From an uncultured Gaiellales bacterium (GTDB lineage: Bacteria; Actinomycetota; Thermoleophilia; RBG-16-64-13): DNA of 64,000 bases. This document shows, piece by piece, positions 58,203-64,000 of the stretch. Numbering within the stretch: position 1 is the stretch's first letter; every line of letters starts with the position of its first letter. The translations under genes and the position numbers were made by a program. The stretch is from positions 16,527 through 80,526 of the forward strand of contig CAZQDY010000004.1 in NCBI GenBank assembly GCA_964592075.1, given 5' to 3'. Below the pieces are notes generated by a model. The model saw nothing but the letters and a program-made list of their open reading frames with translations, did no database searches and was not told where the DNA came from.

Positions 58203-59198
58203 ATGACAGAGCGGGAACCGCGACGGTGCGCGCGGCTGACCCCCCAGCGTTCGTTGATGGTGTTCTCGGGTAGGGGCAACCCCGAGCTGAGCGCCAAGGT
58301 CGCGGACAAGCTCGGCATCGAGCTGGGTGAGGTGAAGATCAAGACCTTCGCCGACGGCGAGATCTACGTCAAGTACGGGGAGAGCATCCGGGGCGCCGAC
58401 GTGTTCATCATCCAGCCGACCTGCCGGCCGGTGAACGAGAACCTCATGGAGCTCCTCATCATGATCCAGGCCGCTCGCTTGGCCTCCGCTCACCGAGTCA
58501 CCGCGGTCGTCCCCTGGATGGGATACTCCCGCCAAGACAAGAAGAGCTGCCCGCGCGAGCCCATCACGGCGCGATTGGTGGCGGACATCATCCAGGCGGC
58601 AGGCGCCGACCGCGTGGTCACCATGGACCTGCACGCCGGCCAGCTGCAGGGGTTCTTCAGCGTGCCCGTGGACCACATGACCGCACTCTCCATGATCGCC
58701 GACTACTTCAAGCTCAAGGGGCTGGACGACATGGTGGTCGTGTCCCCCGACGCGGGGGGCATGAAGACGGCCAAACGCATGGCCGACCGTTTGGGTTGTT
58801 CGGTGGCGGTGCTGTCGAAGCTGCGCCCCGAGCACAACGAGTCGCGCGTGATGTACGTCATCGGCGAGGTGGAGGGCAAGACGGCCATCATCGTCGACGA
58901 CATCTTCGACACGGCCGGCACCCTTGTGAACGGGGTGCAGGCCATCATGGAGAAGGGCGCAAAAGAGGTCTACGCGGCCTGCAGCCACCCCGTCCTTTCG
59001 GATCCCGCCTACGAGCGGATCGCCAAGTCGCCGATCAAGGAAGTGGTGGTGACCGACACCATCCCGCTCCGCGACGACAGGGACCTGGGGAAGATTGTGG
59101 TACTATCCACGGCCGATATCCTGGCGGACACCATCAGGAGCGTGTTCGCCGACGAGTCGGTGAGTGAGTTGTTCCAGGGAGAAAACCAGCTCTTCTAG
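58203..59198 (+). CDS. prs: ribose-phosphate pyrophosphokinase
   Basis: FADGEIYVKYGESIRGADVFIIQPT, DLHAGQLQGFF. PRPP-binding motif AIIVDDIFDTAGT. Start MTEREP with AAGGAGGAG RBS. Confidence 0.9.
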   Translation: MTEREPRRCARLTPQRSLMVFSGRGNPELSAKVADKLGIELGEVKIKTFADGEIYVKYGESIRGADVFIIQPTCRPVNENLMELLIMIQAARLASAHRVTAVVPWMGYSRQDKKSCPREPITARLVADIIQAAGADRVVTMDLHAGQLQGFFSVPVDHMTALSMIADYFKLKGLDDMVVVSPDAGGMKTAKRMADRLGCSVAVLSKLRPEHNESRVMYVIGEVEGKTAIIVDDIFDTAGTLVNGVQAIMEKGAKEVYAACSHPVLSDPAYERIAKSPIKEVVVTDTIPLRDDRDLGKIVVLSTADILADTIRSVFADESVSELFQGENQLF

Positions 59199-59246
59199 GG
59201 TCCCGCTCCGGGTGGGCCCTCGAGGGTGACGCTCGAGGAGACGTAC

Positions 59247-59903
59247 ATGGATACCATCAAGCTGTCGGTCCACGAACGGGAGGAGACCGGTAACGGGCCG
59301 GCCCGCCGTCTGCGCGCGAAAGGGACCGTCCCGGGCGTGACCTACGGCAAGGGCAAGGGGGCCACTCCGATCTCCATCGATCTGGAGGAGCTGAAGGCGG
59401 CATTGGCCCACGGGCACAACGCGGTCTTGGAGCTCGACTTCGGCAAGGGAGCGAAAGGCTCCAAGGGCAAGGCGGCCCGCTACGCCGTGGTCAAACAACT
59501 GCAGTTCCATCCGACCAAGCGCCAGCTGCTGCACGTCGACTTGCACGAGGTGGACCTGTCTGTGGAGATCGAGGCCCTGGTCGCCATCGAGGCGGTGGGT
59601 ACCGCCCCGGGTATCGTCGATGGCGGGATCTTGGAATGGGATCGTCGCGAGGTCTTGGTCCGGGCTCTCCCGGCCAACGTTCCGCAGTCGCTCGAGCTGG
59701 ACGTGAGCGAGCTGCAGGTCGGACACCATCTCGCAGTGGCGACCCTCGTGGCGCCTGATGGCGTGACCATCGTAGATGACCCCGAGGCCGTCCTTGTGGC
59801 TCTGGTACCGCCGCGGGTCGAGCAGGCTCCTGTCGAAGAGGAAGTCGCTGAAGAAGAGGTGGGCGAACCGGAAGTCATCGGCAGCGACACGGCCGAGGAG
59901 TGA
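59247..59903 (+). CDS. rplY: 50S ribosomal protein L25 / general stress protein Ctc
   Basis: GKGATPISIDLEELKAALAHGHN, LQFHPTKRQLLHVDL, acidic C-terminal tail. Confidence 0.85.
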   Translation: MDTIKLSVHEREETGNGPARRLRAKGTVPGVTYGKGKGATPISIDLEELKAALAHGHNAVLELDFGKGAKGSKGKAARYAVVKQLQFHPTKRQLLHVDLHEVDLSVEIEALVAIEAVGTAPGIVDGGILEWDRREVLVRALPANVPQSLELDVSELQVGHHLAVATLVAPDGVTIVDDPEAVLVALVPPRVEQAPVEEEVAEEEVGEPEVIGSDTAEE

Positions 59904-59923
59904 TTCCTCACTGGTAGGGCGGA

Positions 59924-60487
59924 GTGGACGCTGACCCGGTCTACCTGATCGTCGCGCTCGGGAACCCCGGGCCTGAGTACCAGTACCATCGCCATAACGT
60001 CGGCTTCATGGTCGGCGAGGAGCTGAGGCGCCGCCATGGCTTGCCGCGGCTCCGTTCTCGCTTCCGTGGACTCGCCGGCGAGGGCACCATGGCCGGTAGC
60101 CGGGTGGTGCTGCTCTTACCCATGACGTTCATGAACCTATCGGGACAGGCAGCGGCACAGGCGGTCCGGAAGCACAGGATCCCGGTGGAGCGGATCCTTG
60201 TGATACACGACGAGGTGGAGCTGCCTTTCGGGGAGGTGCGGCTCAAGGAGGGGCAGGGCTTGGGGGGCCACAATGGGCTCCGCAGTCTGGAGCAGCATCT
60301 CGGTTCGCGGGATTTCTGGAGAGTGCGCGTCGGCGTCGGGCGGCCCGCCGGGGCCGGCGACCCGCTCATCGACCACGTGCTCGCTCCCTTCAGCGAGCCG
60401 CGGGAAGAGGTGCTCGCCTTGGTGGAGAAGGCTGCCGACGTGGTGGATGACTGGCTGGCCGCACGGGGCGGCGCATGCCCCGCCTGA
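59924..60487 (+). CDS. pth: peptidyl-tRNA hydrolase
   Basis: LIVALGNPGPEYQYHRHNVGFMV, GGHNGLRS. GTG start. Confidence 0.9.
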   Translation: MDADPVYLIVALGNPGPEYQYHRHNVGFMVGEELRRRHGLPRLRSRFRGLAGEGTMAGSRVVLLLPMTFMNLSGQAAAQAVRKHRIPVERILVIHDEVELPFGEVRLKEGQGLGGHNGLRSLEQHLGSRDFWRVRVGVGRPAGAGDPLIDHVLAPFSEPREEVLALVEKAADVVDDWLAARGGACPA

Positions 60488-63400
60488 CAGATTTCCTGCG
60501 CGGCTATCCGCCGTTTGAAGAGATCCTGGTCCGGGACGGAGTCGAGGCGGCGGTCCCGACCTTCATCCACGCGTATGTCACCGCCGGTCTTCTCCAGCAG
60601 GCTCCCTGGCGGGAGCGCGCCTTGCTGGTGGTCGCTCCCAATCAGGACGTCGCGGGCGAGATCGCCCACGAGCTCACCTTGTACTGCCCTGACAGGGTGG
60701 TGGTCCAATTGCCGCCTCGCGGCGTGTGGTACGGATCGGAGGGAGAGGTGCACGCCCCGGTGGCCGGCAGACGGGCCCGTGTGGTCGCCTCGCTCCGGCC
60801 GGACGCGATAGCCGAGCAGGGGCCGCCGGTGGTGGTGTCGGAGGCCAGCACCCTCATGGAGTCGGTGGTCCTGCCTCCCGCGGCTCCATCGGCCGTCTAC
60901 GCCCGGGGCAGACATGATTTCGAGGATCTGGTCCGGAAACTGGCCGCTCTGGGGTACACGCGGGTCGATCAGGTGGAGGACGCGGGCGACTTCTCCGTAC
61001 GTGGGGGCATAATCGATGTCTTTCCCTCCACCGAGTCCTACCCCGTGCGCATCGAGTTCTGGGGCGACGAGGTGGAGAGCCTGCGCCGTTTCTCCGTCTA
61101 CTCTCAGCGTTCGCTGGGACCTCTCCCGAGGGTGCGCCTGTACGCGGCGGCCGAGGAGCCGGGAGCCGGGCTCGTCAGCGTGCTCTCGCTTCTTCCCGAT
61201 GGGACGCGGGTCGTGCGCACCGACCCGGCCCGCGCGGGCACGCGCGTGGAGGCCTTCCAGAGCGACATGGCCGACGTCGTGGGTGAGGCGGCCGGCGACG
61301 AGTACATGAGGTGGCCCGAGGTCGAGGCGGGTCTTGCCGCGTTCCCGGCCGTCACCCTCAGCTCGCTTGGGCTCGCCTCGGGCAGCGAGCCACCCCTGGT
61401 GGTGCGGGCGACGAGCGGAGAGATGCCGGTCACCAGCCTGCCCGAGGCGGAGAACGCCATACGCCGCCTGGTCGACGACGGGTACCGGGTGGTCATCGCC
61501 TTCGAGCAGCGGGCGGAAGCGGAACGGGCCGCGTATATGCTGAAGCGCGTGACGGGGAGTTTGGCCTCGGGGGGAGACATCGAGCGAGGCCCGGGAGTGT
61601 CCTTTCTGCCGGCGCCGCACCGCCGGCACTTCGTCATACCCGATCTGAAGCTGGCCCTCCTGACCGACGCCTTGATCTTCCCGCGGCGGCACAAGGCGGC
61701 GCCGGCGCGGCGCGCGCCGGCCGGCCTCGAGCTCTCCAGCTTCCGCGACCTTCGCAAGGGCGACTACGTGGTGCACGAAGACCACGGCGTGGGGCGTTTC
61801 GAAGGCATCTCCACGAAGACGGTGGCCGGGGTCACGCGCGACTACCTGGACCTGGCCTTCAAGGACACGGACATGCTGTACGTGCCTCACGATCAGATCG
61901 CCAAGGTGATGCGGTATGTGGGCGCCGGGGGGGCGGCCCCCGCTCTCTCCAAGCTGGGCGGCAGGGCCTGGGAGCATGTCAAGAGCAGGGCTCGGAGAGC
62001 AGCCCGGGAGGTGGCCGGCGAGCTTCTACACCTGTACGCGCTCCGGCAGGCCAGCAGGGGCTACCGCTTCTCCGACGACGGTGAGTGGCAGGTGCGCTTC
62101 GAGAAGGCCTTCCCCTACGACGAGACCGAGGACCAGCTTCGGGCCATCGATGCCGTCAAAGACGACATGGAGTCGGAGCAGCCCATGGACCGGCTGTTGT
62201 GCGGCGACGTGGGCTACGGAAAGACCGAGGTGGCCTTGCGGGCGGCCTTCAAGGCCACCCTCGACGGCAAGCAGGTCATGTTGCTCGTGCCGACCACCAT
62301 CCTCGCCCAGCAACACTACGGCACCTTCCGGGAGCGGCTCGCCGACTTTCCCGTGAAGGTGGAGATGATCTCGCGCTTTCGGTCGGCGGCCGAGCAAAGG
62401 CGCATCCTCAAGGACTTCGCCGCCGGGCAGGTGGACGTGCTCATCGGCACCCACCGGCTGCTCTCCCAGGACGTGAGACCCAAGGACCTGGGCCTGGTGA
62501 TCGTGGACGAGGAGCAGCGCTTCGGCGTGACTCAGAAGGAAGCCCTCCGGCGCCTGAAGGTGAAGGTGGACGTGCTCACCCTCACGGCCACCCCCATCCC
62601 AAGGACGCTGCAGATGTCGCTCTCGGGTGTGCGCGACATCACCACCATCGAGACGCCTCCCCGAGACCGCCATCCCATCCAGACCTATGTCGGCCTCTAC
62701 GACGAAGGCATGGTGACCAGAGCCATCGAGCGCGAGATCGACCGCGGGGGCCAGGTCTACTACCTGCACAACAGGGTGGAGACCATCGACAAGGCAGCCG
62801 CGAGGCTTCGCGAGCTCATGCCCCGGGTCCGCTTCGCCGTGGCCCACGGACAGATGCCCGAGCACGACCTGGAGAAGGTCATGCTGGACTTCCTGCGGGG
62901 CGACGCCGACGTGCTCGTCACCACCACCATCATCGAGAGCGGGCTCGACATCCCCAATGCCAACACCCTGATCGTGGAACGGGCCGACCTGCTGGGGTTG
63001 GCGCAGCTCTACCAGATCCGGGGAAGGATCGGGCGCTCGACCCGAGTGGCTCATGCCTTCCTGTTCCATCCGGACGAGGCCGTGCTGACCGAGGAGGCGG
63101 TGGCGCGGTTGTCCACCTTGGCCGACTACACAGAGCTGGGCTCAGGCTTCAAGATCGCCATGCGCGATCTGGAGATCAGGGGAGCCGGAGAACTGCTGGG
63201 GGAGGAGCAATCGGGTCACATCGCGGCGGTGGGCTTCGAGATGTACCTCTCCATGCTCCGGGAGGCGACCGCGATTCTCCAGGGCGCTGAAGTGGCCACC
63301 GAGAAGGTCCCGCGGGTGGAGGTGGGCATCGACGCTCACGTGCCCACCAGCTTCATAGGATACGAGGCGGCCAGGGTCGACCTGCACAGGCGCATCGCCT

Positions 63401-63765
63401 CGGCGGCGACTCTGGAGGAACTGGCCGACCTGCGGGCTGAGCTCATCGATCGCTTCGGCGAGATCCCGGAGCCCGTGGACAACCTCATCTTCCTGGGAGA
63501 GGTCCGGGTGACGCTGCAGAACCTGGGGGCCGACGCTCTGTCGGTCCGCCAACATCGCCTCCAGATCAGCGGGCTGACCCTGCCGGCCGGGTCACGCGAA
63601 CGGCTGCGCCTTCGCGACCGGCGCTACGTCTATGCGTCAGTGCAAGGCCAGTTGGCACTGGGTCTGCGGAGCGACGAGCGGGGTCTTCGCCGGGCGGTCC
63701 GGGAAGTACTGGATGATATACTCGCGCTCTTTGGGGGGGACGGGGTGTTCCCTGCGACAAAGTGA
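60475..63765 (+). CDS. mfd: transcription-repair coupling factor
   Basis: 1096 aa. Walker [25 protein letters not shown], superfamily 2 helicase motifs, C-terminal TRCF domain. Confidence 0.9.
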   Translation: MPRLTDFLRGYPPFEEILVRDGVEAAVPTFIHAYVTAGLLQQAPWRERALLVVAPNQDVAGEIAHELTLYCPDRVVVQLPPRGVWYGSEGEVHAPVAGRRARVVASLRPDAIAEQGPPVVVSEASTLMESVVLPPAAPSAVYARGRHDFEDLVRKLAALGYTRVDQVEDAGDFSVRGGIIDVFPSTESYPVRIEFWGDEVESLRRFSVYSQRSLGPLPRVRLYAAAEEPGAGLVSVLSLLPDGTRVVRTDPARAGTRVEAFQSDMADVVGEAAGDEYMRWPEVEAGLAAFPAVTLSSLGLASGSEPPLVVRATSGEMPVTSLPEAENAIRRLVDDGYRVVIAFEQRAEAERAAYMLKRVTGSLASGGDIERGPGVSFLPAPHRRHFVIPDLKLALLTDALIFPRRHKAAPARRAPAGLELSSFRDLRKGDYVVHEDHGVGRFEGISTKTVAGVTRDYLDLAFKDTDMLYVPHDQIAKVMRYVGAGGAAPALSKLGGRAWEHVKSRARRAAREVAGELLHLYALRQASRGYRFSDDGEWQVRFEKAFPYDETEDQLRAIDAVKDDMESEQPMDRLLCGDVGYGKTEVALRAAFKATLDGKQVMLLVPTTILAQQHYGTFRERLADFPVKVEMISRFRSAAEQRRILKDFAAGQVDVLIGTHRLLSQDVRPKDLGLVIVDEEQRFGVTQKEALRRLKVKVDVLTLTATPIPRTLQMSLSGVRDITTIETPPRDRHPIQTYVGLYDEGMVTRAIEREIDRGGQVYYLHNRVETIDKAAARLRELMPRVRFAVAHGQMPEHDLEKVMLDFLRGDADVLVTTTIIESGLDIPNANTLIVERADLLGLAQLYQIRGRIGRSTRVAHAFLFHPDEAVLTEEAVARLSTLADYTELGSGFKIAMRDLEIRGAGELLGEEQSGHIAAVGFEMYLSMLREATAILQGAEVATEKVPRVEVGIDAHVPTSFIGYEAARVDLHRRIASAATLEELADLRAELIDRFGEIPEPVDNLIFLGEVRVTLQNLGADALSVRQHRLQISGLTLPAGSRERLRLRDRRYVYASVQGQLALGLRSDERGLRRAVREVLDDILALFGGDGVFPATK

Positions 63766-63773
63766 GGTCAAGT

Positions 63774-64000
63774 GTGATCAGAAGGCTCGCCATCGGCCTG
63801 CTCCTTCTGCCACTTCTGATGGTCCTGGGCTGCGAGAGCGACGTTCCTGAGGGCGTGGTCGCCCAGGTGGGTCTGAACGGCGTGTCGCAGGAGCAGCTCG
63901 ATGATCTCAAGGCGGCTTACGAGGCGGCGGGCCGGGCCCCCGACAAGGGCAAGCAGCCCGACGAGTACGAGAGTTTTGAGCAAGGGCTGGTCGAGCACCT
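63774..64000 (+). CDS. lipoprotein, N-terminal fragment (possibly SurA/PrsA-like peptidyl-prolyl isomerase); 3' end outside the window
   Basis: Lipoprotein signal LLLLPLLMVLGC. Post-mfd position matches PPIase genes in Firmicutes. Only 75 codons are visible. Confidence 0.35.
   Translation, partial: MIRRLAIGLLLLPLLMVLGCESDVPEGVVAQVGLNGVSQEQLDDLKAAYEAAGRAPDKGKQPDEYESFEQGLVEH

Noticed and set aside
59941-61977. 678-aa ORF antisense to mfd
   Set aside because: It lies fully inside, and opposite to, the high-confidence mfd gene, and it has no domain signal. Other long antisense ORFs (12689-14059, 3801-5096, 31030-32127, 56120-57259) are likewise expected artefacts of ~70% GC sequence.

Overview
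High-GC (roughly 68-70%) bacterial chromosomal segment. It is gene-dense, mostly housekeeping, with no transposases, integrases or CRISPR arrays. Three signals point to a high-GC Gram-positive, Clostridia-like lineage: gene order at the right-hand end, a Cheo-type LexA box, and an SLH S-layer protein. The window holds the C-terminal part of dnaE, then hisD, a membrane GGDEF/HD-GYP c-di-GMP enzyme antisense inside the his cluster, and hisB-hisH-hisA-hisF. Next come an M23 peptidase, and gdhA co-oriented with a large receiver-receiver-PEP-utilizer ATP-grasp protein. A putative O2/NO-stress operon follows: wHTH-O-methyltransferase, DUF2769, flavodiiron protein, iron-sulfur flavoprotein, small Zn-ribbon. 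A PspC-domain peptide precedes selD, which I read as a selenoprotein with an in-frame TGA and a downstream hairpin that the ORF track truncates. An orphan RsbV/RsbW-like pair, a polysaccharide deacetylase and gcvPB-gcvPA follow. A B12-binding radical SAM enzyme sits upstream of a parA-like ATPase whose stop abuts the start of an ftsZ carrying a ~100-aa disordered N-terminal extension. Then come GNAT, class IV aminotransferase, nfo, a DUF3524 glycosyltransferase, pgi, a CAT-family acetyltransferase and dinB behind a perfect Cheo box. A sugar-phosphate cluster (lsrF-like, rpe/lsrE-like, yuxG-like aldolase/SDR, ltaE, NUDIX, HD, DUF2007, ROK glucokinase) runs into rsmI. thrC and an SLH S-layer protein sit on the minus strand. 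The right end is metG-tatD-rsmA, a hypothetical membrane protein, a NEW3-domain protein with an ABC-2 transporter, ispE, tRNA-Gln, a glmU that encodes only the uridylyltransferase domain, prs, rplY, pth, mfd, and a partial lipoprotein gene. Intergenic signals include recurrent TAGAAT and TATCCT -10-like hexamers, several direct and inverted repeats, and hairpin terminators. Long antisense ORFs in the track are treated as high-GC artefacts.
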